Source: Marsupella aquatica | Taxonomy: Eukaryota > Plantae > Marchantiophyta | Reading direction: 5' to 3' | Assembly (NCBI GenBank): GCA_973895155.1 | Contig: OZ316891.1 | Coordinates: 28,401,145 to 28,465,144 of the forward strand | Length of the DNA stretch: 64,000 nt | Shown: positions 23,801-35,252 of the stretch, piece by piece | Layout: each line of letters begins with the position of its first letter | Numbering within the stretch: position 1 is the first letter of the stretch | Position numbers and translations under genes: made by a program | The notes under the pieces: generated by a model | Told to the model about the DNA's origin: nothing | What the model saw: the letters and a program-made list of their open reading frames with translations, nothing else | Database searches by the model: none

Positions 23801-25014
23801 TAACTCCATAGCCAAGGAAGATGTCCACTTCCGTCACCATGTTGATGGTAAGGGCAAACACAACTGGTTCTGCATAGTTGGGACCCATAAGCCCCGCTCC
23901 TATCCATCTTTCAAGGCATTCCAGACCCATATGTATATTGCCCACAACCTGCAGTTGCCAGCTGCACTGTTGGAGCCGGGCCTGCCTTGGTTGGCTTCAA
24001 GATTTGAACTCTCAGCTCGTGTAGACAAGAACCGCAAGCCGGGTCGGATTGCTGCTGTGAAGGAGCCTAATGAAGCAACATGGACGCGCCTAAGGTCTAC
24101 CGTTCAGCTGCGATGGAAGCAATCCAAGTCTAGGAGGATTCAAGCTATGTTGAAGAAGAAATATCTGGTTGTTGGAGAGGAGCCCACTGTTCCAACAAAA
24201 ATGCTTCTCGTTCGGGTTATCAAAGCTGCACACATTCATCCCATGTGCAACCAGGGTTGGTCCTGTTTGCTAAATGATTCTATGTTTGAGATGTTGGAAT
24301 TTCTGGAGTCTGCTGGCACTTCTCCTATTGTGTTTGGATGGATTGAGCTTATCAAACAGATGCCCATTGTGCTGCCAAGGGATAAAAAACTGGTAGCTTT
24401 AAAAATGGACAGTGCCATGCTACAATGTTGTTTCCCTCAGTTGCATGTGGAGGTGCAACCTCCCCATCTTCTGCACATTGAGGAGGTTTGGGAGAACCTC
24501 ATTGGTCAGGCAGTGGAATACTTGAAGCAGAAAAGGGCACTGCTAAAGTGGAAGATTGCGCCCAAGCTAGTAGATTTCAAAGCTGCTGCTGCTGACTACA
24601 GGGAATGGAAGCGAGACCAGAAGCCCACAATGCTTGCAAAGTCTACTGCAAATCTCATCCAAGAATACAAGAGGAGGGGCATGACAGTTCGAAGTGCTCG
24701 GGAGGCGGTAAGTCTAGGCTCCATGAATTCTTTGTTTTGTAATGTATGCCTGTGCCATGTGAGATTCATAGTGCTATGTTATTGTGTAGGCTGGAGTCTC
24801 AGAGGTGTGGTAGGACACCTCTGATGAGAGTGATTATGAGATTGGCCCTGCAAAGTGGGGTTTGCTGTGTGAGGAAAGTGATGAAGAGGGACCCAAGGAA
24901 GAACCACAGGAACCTGCAGCAGCGGAAGACCCGGAAGAAACAATGGCGGGGGATGAAGAGGATGGACCTCATGAATCAGTTCATGGGGATGACGAGCCAG
25001 CATAGGACCAAGCA

Positions 25015-25275
25015 CAGCAAGAAGCCCAAGGGGAGGATGAGGTAGCAGAGAACCCACCAGAGGACCGACCACAGGAAGAAGAGATAGGGGAGGAGGAGGT
25101 ACCAGAGAACACACCAGAGGAACAACCACAGCAAGAAGAGATAGGGGAGGAGGAGGTACCAGAGAACACACCAGAGGAACAACCACAGCAAGAAGAGATA
25201 GGGAAGGAGGAGGTACCAGAGAACACACCAGAGGACCAACCACAGCAAGAAGCCCAAGGGATGGAGGAGGTACCA
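25015..25275 (+). repeat. 57-bp coding tandem repeat (QQEEIGEEEVPENTPEEQP), ~4.5 copies
   Basis: Seen directly in the sequence. Confidence 0.85.
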
Positions 25276-25589
25276 GCTCCTATTGAGGACTGTCTATGTG
25301 AAGAGGCATTTCAAGTTCCTATCCATCCAGAGATCCCCCTCAGCTTTCAACAGAATGCACATGTGTTGGAGCCTCCCACCGACGTCTGGAACTCATTTTC
25401 TGACCTCTTTGGGCCCCAATTACTTTGGTTAGCCTACATCTAGAATTGCTTTGCACGTTGAAGACATGATCCTTCTTGTCTTTTAAGTTTGCTGTGCATT
25501 TGTTTCATTGTAGGGAGGAATGGGTGTATCCCTGGACATCCCAGATAGTCCAGCACCAGCAAAACTCCAGGTCTACTGTGTAGCGCCAA

Positions 25590-26430
25590 CCAAGCCCTCC
25601 AAGGTCTGGAATAGATCTGCCCCCAATTCCCTTGCTGTTTCCGTGTCTTGAATTGCTTTGCAGGTTGGAGACGAGAACCATGATGTCTTTCAAGTCACCA
25701 TTCATTTTTTTTCTTGTAGCGACGAAGGAGGGGGGCATTGTTGGAGATCCCAGCACTAGCAGCAGCACCGCCCCCTGCAGCGCCAACCAACCCCTCCAAG
25801 GTCTGGATTGGATCTGCCCCCAATTCCCTTGTTGTATACGCATCTTGAATTGCTCTGCAGGTTGGAGACGATAACCACAATGTCTTCCTGTTCACATTAG
25901 ATCTTTTTTTGTGTAGGGACGAATAAGGAGGGGGGCATTGTTGGAGAGCATAGCAGCACCGCCCCCTGCATCACCAACCAACCCCTCCAAGGTCTAGAAT
26001 GGATCTGCCCCCAATTCCCTTGCTGTATACGCGTCTTGAATTGCTTTGCAGGTTGGAGACAATAACCACGATGTCTTCTTGTTCACATAATTAGATCTTT
26101 TTTTTGTGTAGGGACGAATAAGGAGGGGGGCATTGTTGGAGAGCATAGCAGCACCGCCCCCTGCACCGCCAACCAACCCCTCCAAGGTCTGGAATGGATC
26201 TGCCCCCAATTCCCTTGCTATATACGCATCTTGAATTGCTCTGCAGGTTGGAGACGATAACCACGATGTCTTCCTGTTCACATTAGATCTTTTTTTGTGT
26301 AGGGACGAATAAGGAGGGGGGCATTGTTGGAGAGCAGAGCAGCAGCAGCAGCAGCAGCAGCACCGCCCCCTGCACCGCCAACCAACCCCTCCAAGGTCTG
26401 GAATGGATCTGCCCCCAATTCCCTTGCTCT
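25590..26430 (+). repeat. ~195-bp tandem repeat, each unit an intron plus a mini-exon
   Basis: Four-plus near-identical units, each with TTGTAG/GTGTAG acceptor, GRIRRGALLES...APPTNPSK exon and GTCT donor. Confidence 0.9.
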
Positions 26431-28008
26431 ATTCGTGGTTTCGCTTTGCAGGTTCAGGACGTTAACCTCCACTGCCTTTGCATGTTTGTTTGGATTGTAG
26501 GGAGGCAGGGCAAGGGGAAGAGAAAGGGTATCTGGGGTATCAGTGCATGAGCTCCCTACAGCTACTCCACCACCTGCCCCTACACCAGCACCTGCACCAA
26601 TGGGCTCCCAGGTATGCCACATTTCTATCATCAATGTTTTGCTGGTCAAACGCCTTAAGTTTTGTAATGTCAATATAGAGTTTGCAACATCTTCTGATGT
26701 TTGTTTGGATTGTATGGACTACAGAGAGAAACTACACTGGCCTTAGGACCTGTTCAAGCCTCTAAGAAGAGGAAACCGGTCTCAAAATCGCACCAGGGTC
26801 AGGCTATTAAGATAGTTCCTCTACTCGCAGTTGATCCGACTACCAATGTTGTGTTTCTGAACCCTGAAGATGATGACCTAGCAGTGCAAGACAGTGTCAT
26901 ACAAAAGCAGAAGCGGCATAAGAGCGTGGCAAGTAGAGGGAGGGGCCGAGGCAGAGGAAGAGGGGGACCATCTCATGTCACGAGTCCCTTGGATGATATT
27001 CCAATAGATGATGGTTACACTTTAGACACGTTTATGCTTTCAGAAATACTTCAGATTGACTCCCAAGTCACTTCTTCTCATGATACTTTCAGGCAGAGTA
27101 TCAACCAGCTGCTGCACCCTTCCCAATTTACCAGTTGACTTCCACACCCTTCCCCATTTTCAGTGGTATCGTCATGGGTACTTCATGAGCTCCCAACAGT
27201 GGTAGTCAGTGCGTATATATGTAGGTTGATTGAAAATGAAGGGTTTCCATATAAATGGGTCCTCATAACTTGTACAGACATTTCCTTCAGTAAATTTTTC
27301 ACCTTACAAGGTTGTGTTTGAAATTATTGTCCATAATTGATTACCAATGACACCTCATGTCTGTTTGGATACAATGCATGCTAAAGCTAGCTAGTCTCGT
27401 TCAAATGGTAAGCAGGGGCCAACTCCGTTCAACCTGGTCACAAAGTGGAGTTCCTTACTATTATAACAATCATTCCAGTCTGCTTCTGTGAAGTTTAGAA
27501 TGCAAAAGATGACACGCATCTTGTCTTCCGCACTCACAAATGGCCAAAAAAAGAGGACACTTGGAAACTTTCGGGGCAAACCTGTAGACGACATGATCTT
27601 GTCTTCATTCCACTTACAAATAATGTGAAAGACCGGGTGGGGGCGGACAGCTAGAAGAAGGGTACCCGGGTTCCTAATTACACACTTAACAAGAAGCCTT
27701 AAGGGATGAGTCCAAAGCCTTATTTCTCTTTTCAAAATCTTCATGATATTAAAAAATGTATACCAAAAAACCACCAAAAAATGGTATGTATTTTCCAAAC
27801 TAGACTCAAGAGAATTTTACCACCAAAATCTAAGCATATCTTATATGATATTCTCACAATTGTATAAACCTTGAAATATGCACTTTATAAAAGTAATCAA
27901 AATCAAACTCATCGATCAGAGTTTAAGTCAAACTCAAAGTTTTACAAAATATAACCCAACTTAAGCCCAAGTGGTTTCAAATGCTACGAGTCCCTCTATT
28001 TATCTAGT

Positions 28009-31000
28009 CTAATCCAAAGGGACCACTTCCCCTTCCTCAGTTCCGGAAGTCCCTATCGTCAATTCTGGAACAATTGTGGCATCGTCAACCACGCTATCCT
28101 CTCCGGCCTGAGGAATGTCTTCCTCACTCTCCTCATCCATCTCCCCCTGTCCGTCTTCCTCTTCAATGTTATCTGCAAGGTTAAGAATCCTCCCTTTCAA
28201 CACACTGCTCTGTCGCTCGTCAATCTCAATGGCAACGCAATGTCTCCCCATGGCCAAGGAGGAGGTTGTCGCAGTCCCTGATCCTGAATAAATATCCAAA
28301 ACCCAGTCTCCAACCTGACTAAAATGACTCACTTCCCAATCTAACAATGCACGTGGTTTCTGATAAACATTCACTGCCTTGTTATCCCCGTTGTGTTTTA
28401 GCTTCTTAGTCACAGCTGCGCATACAACCACATTGTTCCTTGATTCATTTGTGTCAAAATTGAAGTGCTCCAATGACCGTTTACCATCCTGGCTGTGAAA
28501 GCCAATTGTAAAGCACTCAAAGTTGCTGTTCAATCTTGGTCCACCAGCATTCTTCACATTATCCTTAACCCTGAAAAGTCACAAAAAGTCAAGGAGTTAT
28601 TTAAACTGAGAAACATGGTTCATGAAATCATGAATAACTAATAGTTGTTTTTTTCAAAAACAAATATTTCTTACCACACACAATTCTGGAACCCTCCATT
28701 ACACTCCGCTTTCAAAACGGTCTTGATGGCCTCATATTGGTCAAGACTGTGGTGAATGATAATACGCCACAACTTTGCAGTAGTAGCCACCTTGAACGAT
28801 TGGACCATTTTTGTGATCTCCTCAGTTCCCCATCCAATAGTGTCTTCATGAAGACATCCAGGCAATGCAAACCCGTAGGGAATATCCACTAAAGCTAATG
28901 TGTAAGCCCGACCCGGAACCACCTCATGTAATCGCTGAGCATCATGAGTAAAAATATCATAGTGCACATCACCAAACTCTGGATGCTCAAACGAATTTGG
29001 ATGAAGTTCCCCCTCTTGGGTTTGCCGACTAGAAGTCTTCATGGATAGCCAATTTTGGGCTTGCACAATATGCGCATTGAATTTGTCCGGGAATGACTTG
29101 AGATCTTTGCCTTCCTCATCTCCCTTCTTTTTCCGGGAGGTGGTATCTTTCTACAAAAAGGAACTGTAGAATTAGAAACAAGGATTCCAAATATTAAATG
29201 AATTCAAACAATCATTCGAAGAAAGGTGACAGAATCTTACCCATGTCTGGAAAACAGGTACGAAATTCTTAAGCACATTGTCTGTGCAATGCTCAGGGTA
29301 CTTGGTTTTACAACCTGACCAACTCTCCTCGTGTAGACACGTGAGGAAGGCCTTCTGCACCTGCATCTGAAATTTGTGTCGAGTAAATTCGTGACCCATT
29401 TCCTGTAAAGAGAGTTCTTTAGTAAGAACTCTCTGTAACACTGGGCAAATCATATCAGGATCTTTCAAGGCCTGCATGTGTCTCCACTCTGTTAATTTCA
29501 TGTCCTCATAAGGCAATTTGGCATCTCCAGACTTAGAGACTTTCTTCTTGCCCTTGTCTCCTTTTTGACCTTTGATCTCACACATCTCCCACTTGTCACA
29601 AATCTGCCTCACAAATGACCACACAGGATCTTGTCGGAATGCCAACTGAAATAGGTTATCATTGGCATTAAGAACCTCAGCATCCTTTCGTACACCCCAA
29701 TCCTTGAGATTGATTTCAGTAGCACACTCTTTCTTGAAATCCTGGTTGGACGACAATCCATTCTCAACAAATCTCATGTGAATATAATTTACTCTCTGGA
29801 TTGTCGTCATCTGTTGTCGAAATTCAGAATCAATATTGTGACTCCACGCCAGGTTTCTTGCCTCTTGCACACTCAATCCCGCAAATATCCAAGATTGCAC
29901 TCTCCGAAATGCCTTGTTGTTAGGGAACTGAAGAGCAAGGTCTGCTTTGGCATAGGCTGAATGGTTGCCCCCAATCACATAATAATGGTAATCAGCTTTC
30001 CTTGAAAAATCAAAGTCTTGCCTAGTAGCACACTCCTTCGAATCCACCAAGAGGACAAACAGAGCTGCAAGTGGACTGGCACCTACAGTCTTCATCCGCA
30101 AGGTCAATTGGGTCAAGAAATATGGTTGGATGTGTCGGACCTGGTAAATGGGCAAGCCCACAGCCTTCTCTCTCACTGGAGGGTAAAGTTGACCAATGTC
30201 AACCGTCACAGTCTCCTCTTGAACACCACATCTTCCCAAAATCTCCTCCTGGTACAATACCCGTGCATCCATTGACATTGATTGAGCCTTTTGCTCCAAA
30301 TGCGTTGGAATTTTCTCCAAAGAGTTCTTTTTTGACTTTGTAGCACTGGGCTCGGTAGGCTCAGGAGTCATAGCAGGTCGCTTCTTTGAAGAAATGCGAG
30401 TTCCAGTCGTACCTTGTGCCGACCCACCAGTCAAAGCCATTCCCTGGGATGATCTGCCAACTTGAGATCCCCCTCCAGATGCAGCTGCTTCCCGGGAGGT
30501 TGTAGGCGCTACCACGGTCAAAATATCATTGGGTAAAATGCTAGGCCTGGATCCAGAAGGAACACCAGAAGCCCCAAATTTGGGTGGACGACTTACCCCC
30601 TTCTCTGCCGACCTTTTCCGGAGAATCTCTCTTGATTTTCGGATTGCACTCTTTAAAGTGCTAGCATGAAATTCGAACACAAAACCGGAAATCTTTCCCG
30701 CGACGTCGTGGTAACGTTCCTCACTCGAAAGAGACTTGACAGTCTCAATGATGCTATCGATGTCCTCATCGAGATAGCAGGTGGCAGCCGTTCCAGAAAA
30801 CCTCTCCACATCCACGACAATCAAAGTTGATGTTTCCTTCGTTGTGATCAACATGTTCACAACTTCGTCGCCCCGTCGAAATACATCGATGCGGCCGTAA
30901 TTTACCCACCCTAATGCCCCCGATGGAAGCCCCTCAAATACACACAGCATTAGGAAGGGCTTCTTCCATGTTTCCGTCCCTAAGGAAATCGTCCAGGATG

Positions 31001-31070
31001 AGTTGTGGAAGTCCGTCAAAGGATGGCGCGAAAAGATGTCATCCACCAGCTCTTCTTGCGACATTGTCAT
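28009..31070 (-). CDS. ParB/Srx-like domain fused to a beta-class N6-adenine/N4-cytosine DNA methyltransferase; 3 exons, 955 aa, intact
   Basis: Exons 31070-29241, 29150-28675 and 28570-28009 join in frame through GT-AG introns (2868 nt). ParB-like: TVDIGQLYPP..YQVRHI..LTQLTLRMKTVG..YYVIGGNHSAYAK..LSVQEARNLAWSHN. MTase: motif IV LALVDIPYG, CVWVK..NSNFE, then YQKP and motif I VLDIYSGSGTAT..GRHCVAIEID (motif IV before motif I = beta order). Confidence 0.9.
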
Positions 31071-31850
31071 GTTTTTGCCTGATCTTCAAACCTGAGAACA
31101 TACCACAAAATCAGTCCACTTCAACCCCAACCTGCGAGACAAAGTGCCACAGAACCAAGGAATGTGCCAATAAATGGCTACTAAAGCCGTGTCCTTACGG
31201 ATCTAACAACGCTCTCGACCACCCCAGGACTCCTATCATGAATTCATGAAGGGAGTCTCCCTCTCGCTCCGACCTTCATGAATTCATGAAGGGAGTCTCC
31301 TCTCTCTTTGCTTGTACACCTCGGTGATGCAGAAGGCTATTTAAAATAGGGTTCGAAGGGGGGGTGACGTGAAGAAATCACCCAGGGTCTAAATTACTAC
31401 CTAAAACAGGGTCGAAATGAAGTGCGACCGTGACAACTCGCGACACGTCGCCGATGAGTGCTGAAAATGGCACGAAATTGGACAACGAGATTGTTTTTCA
31501 CTCTTTTACAAAGGAAATCCAAATGACATTGAGTGAAAATGAATGGGCTGCCCCGTGTTCCTTGGTTATACATACTAATCACGGATCAGGCGCGACTTAG
31601 TAAAATTAACCCCGAATCATGATAAATCAATGTTTTCGGGCTAATTATTCTTGAATATTTTGGGATATTAACGTGAAAAATCTTGCAAATTTCATGAATA
31701 TTTGATATTTTTGAAGTTAAAAAGTCCCAACAATCCGTGAAAAACTATAAATAGGCTCGTTTATTCATGACTCTTGGTCATTATTTTGAGAAGATTTGTT
31801 AGATTTTACTGATTTTCTGAGTTTCTTGTCAATTTGCACTAGTTTTTTGA
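31071..31850. promoter_or_regulatory. Bidirectional intergenic promoter region with TCATGAATTCATGA palindromes
   Basis: Divergent ATGs at 31070 and 31851. TATAAATA at 31746-31753 (+) and an AT-rich TATA-like box at ~31338-31348 (-). Palindromes at 31236 and 31276. Confidence 0.65.
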
Positions 31851-34800
31851 ATGGCAGCATGTTACGAATCAGATGATTATTCAGATGGAGTTTCTGATGA
31901 TGTTTCATTGCCGGATGGCCCCTGCACAGTGGTTGGCCCAGATATCCCTGGAATAACTACTGTTTTAGATATGCCACCCCCCACCCCTATGAGCAAGTTA
32001 AAACGTAGTCCTTTACGACTTGCAATTAGTGGGAAGAAATCATTGGTCGGTGGTAAAGAGAGGTCAGGGAGCTCCTCTGACTCCTTGGAGAGTATTGGTT
32101 CCCCTGGACGTCAAGTTGTATCTCCTTTGTCACCAACAAAGGACAAATTGGGGAGTAATCTGGAAGGTTCAATGCCTATTTGGATGTCTGGGAAACGGTC
32201 TCATGAATTCATGAAGACTGGATTTGGAAAGACGAAGAAGGCACTAAGTGGGGAAAATGACAGAGATTTTTGCAGTCTCCAAAGTGTTCAGCGGCTAAAG
32301 CAAATGCCAAAAAGTAAAACCTTTGGTAAGCCAACGTCGGAAACATTTCACAGGGGGATGAGGGAAGAAACTAGACGACCAGTGTTATTGAAAAGTATTC
32401 CAGAAAAGAATTCTAATGTGCGTTCCTCAGTTTTACCTAGGAGTCATGGTGTTGGGGCAGGGAGCGGATCAAGTCACGGAAACTCAAACAGGGAAACGAA
32501 CCTGGTGGAGAGGGACCCTAGGAAAATATTGAAAGGGTCCCTACACGGTAATGGAGGGATTTCTGAAATACGCCCAGGTATTCCAAGGCTGCATAGAGTG
32601 AAGGAAGAGCCTCCATCTCCGGAGGCTGCAGGTCTGGAATCTAGGCATGTTCAGAAGCAAATGTTGGTGACCATTTCATCATCGAATGAAAGCGAGTCTT
32701 CGGAGAGTGGGGAGGATGATGATGTTCCGGTGGCATCTAGTCGTTACAAACGTACGAGCAATGCCACTTTGTGTGAAACAAAGTTGAAAGAGGAGGATAT
32801 CAAGAAAACAAATAGTAAGTATTGTTGTCAGAGTCATTGTCTCCTAAGTCTATCTCCAAAAGAAATTCGTGAGGCGCGTTCTAAATTTTTGAGGCAGAAA
32901 TCTCAGGATCGATCTTTATCTTTGCAGTGGCTTATAAAGCGAGACGGAAATGAAGGAGGGAGGCAGACTATATCTTACACGTTTGGTCAAAAGAGTATTT
33001 GTCGGAAAGCTTTCAAGCTTATATTTTGCGTTGGCAATCATAGATTAAATAGAATTTTGAAATTAGACAACCAAGACTTAGGATATTCTAAACCAGTTGG
33101 ACGCCCTCCATTTGTTAAAAGATTAGTCTTGGTCAGTTGGCTTAGGTCATTTTTTGAGACACGCTTGGAAACATTGCCAAATAAAGAAGTTTCACATTTA
33201 CCGGATAATTATTCAAAGCTGGAGGTATGGAAGATCTACGACTCCAACTATGCCAAGATTGATGAATCATCAAAAATATCCTATCGACAATTCTTGAAAG
33301 TTTGGGTTCAAGAATTTGGTCATGTGAAGATTCCTCCAGTAAATCGATTCAGTGCTTGTGCGGATTGCGAGGAGTTCAAATCAATTCGTGACAAAGCTGT
33401 CTCGGAGACCGAAAAGAGTAAGTTACTTACAAGTTTGACAAGTTTTTGTTTCAAGAATATGGCTTAACACATGATTTCTAAATTTTTTTGAAGAAACTAA
33501 CAAGTTGTTTTTCCAGGGCGAGGGGAAATTATGTTACAAAAACATAGAGACCAACAATCCAAAGAACGTGAGAAACTTGCGAAGCATCGTAAGAAATGTT
33601 TTTCAAATTCTGATAAATATTTGGGAGTTGTCATTGATGGGATGGATCAGAAGAAGACAAGGTTGCCTCATTGGCCGCGGCCCCCAAAATCGGTGGACGA
33701 AACATGTTTGATCCAAATGCACGTTGTCGGATGCCTGGTTTTCAATGGTGCACTATTTTCAAGAGTGTTTCTTAATTATCCTGTATTGCATAATGATGGA
33801 AACTTGACAGTCACAATCCTGCAAAGGGTGTTTCACGAATGGGAAGAAAAGCCTGGTGGCTTGCCGCCTGTTCTCTATCTTCAACTTGATAATACCAGTA
33901 GAGAAAATAAAAATAATTTACTCTTTGCCTATCTTCATATGTTGATTCGAAGAAAGGTTTTTCGGAAAATCAAACTAGGATTCTTGTTGGTTGGACACAC
34001 ACACGACCAAATAGATCAAATGTTCAGTCGGTTTTCTAAACGACTAGCAAGGTTTAAGGCATTCACATACGAAAGCCTATGTGATATTATTTGTGAATCA
34101 TATCAACCCCAACCAAATATCACTCTTTTAAAGGAAACATATGATTTCCGTCAATATGCCTTCTCAGATCCACCTTTAGTCATTGAAAGGATTCGAAATG
34201 TTACCTTCCACCACCAGTACAAATTTGCATTTGACAAGTTGGAAAATCAAGTTCCAACCCAATGGGGGAAGAAGTTTTCCACGGACTCAACTTGGAAACC
34301 TGACGGAGGCGTGAAATTTTTGAGGGAAGAGGAGCCAGAAAAGGTGATGGGTTGTGCTCCCGGATTACCCCTTTTCAAAAAGGGGGATAAGAACGTTACA
34401 AGGACTCAACCAAATATGTCTAGTTCTTCAAGAATGACTTTGAAAGAGATGGATGATTCGTTAAATGAGATTCAAAAGGGAATACTTGCAGTTGAAACTT
34501 TATTCTCAGAAGAGGAAGTGAACTGGTGGAGAATGTTTTTTGAAGAGCAACGGGAATTGAATAAATCTTTGCTCCTTGATCAAAGACCATTGATTTTCCC
34601 TTTTCAATGGCCACGCTCCCAAAGGGAGATTGCTGTTGCTGCTGAAGTTCCCAAAGTCCTTGTCAATGAAGAGGAAATTGAAGAGAGAGTATACGGACCT
34701 ACCAGAGATATATACGTGGGTCCTTATCGGAATCAAGGAAAGATAGATGCAGAGAAGGAGAATATGGAAGGAGACTTTTCGGATCTTGAAGTCAACACTT

Positions 34801-35252
34801 ATATTTCTGTTGCTGGAGAAGAATCGGAAACATTTTGGGTGGCCAAGGTGGAAAGAATTGACCAGCGCGACGAGTTCAACATTCCAAAAATGATTTATGT
34901 TTTATGGCATGCTACAAAAACCGGGTCAGATCCTTGGAAAGCCTGCAAGTACTTACCAGAAGTCTTAAACTACGAAAAGAAGAAAAGTGGTCGTGGGAAA
35001 GGAACTTTGAAACCAATATGGTTTCACCAAGAGCTTGATTTATCTTCAACGACTGTTTTTGCTTACAACTTCATGTTGACAAAATCTGATACATTATACA
35101 AAAAGACAGTAGATCGAATCAAAATCCGATTGACTGAATTTTTGGCAGAAGAGAAAGAGCAAGAACAAGAGAATGGATCAACTAGAACCCCGCTAGGAGA
35201 TAAATCTAGGGATATTTCGTTTCAAGAATTGAGGACTTCTGGATCTGAGTAA
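31851..35252 (+). CDS. Sola-like (DUF7869-type) DDD transposase; 2 exons, 1100 aa, intact
   Basis: Exons 31851-33417 and 33517-35252 join in frame (3303 nt, GT-AG intron). Motifs: CCQSHC, ICRKAF, FSACADC..H, VIDGMDQ.K..P, LYLQLDNTSRENKN, FLLVGHTHDQIDQMFS. These resemble the Sola pattern D...SDxCxGQNKN...FLxxGHT..D. The superfamily call is by motif resemblance only. Confidence 0.8.

Larger units (their letters stand above)
23781..27138 (+). pseudogene. Multi-exon accessory gene of the large MULE (zinc-finger-like N-terminus, acidic repeats, Pro-rich mini-exons, basic/RG-rich C-terminus), with premature stops
   Basis: Exon 1 23781-24707 (phase 0, GTAAGT donor). Exon 2 from 24790 has in-frame TAGs at 24811 and 25003. 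Phase-0 mini-exons at 25720-25800, 25917-25991, 26112-26186, 26303-26395 and 26501-26611. Last exon has SKKRK and GRGRGRGRG. No family recognised. Confidence 0.65.

Noticed and set aside
24779-25257. Hydrophobic or Cys-rich minus-strand ORFs
   Set aside because: Antisense shadows of the 57-bp acidic coding repeat.
28009-31070. Bacterial or phage contamination as the source of the methyltransferase
   Set aside because: The gene has two frame-restoring GT-AG introns and lies inside nested plant transposons with matching TIRs and TSD.
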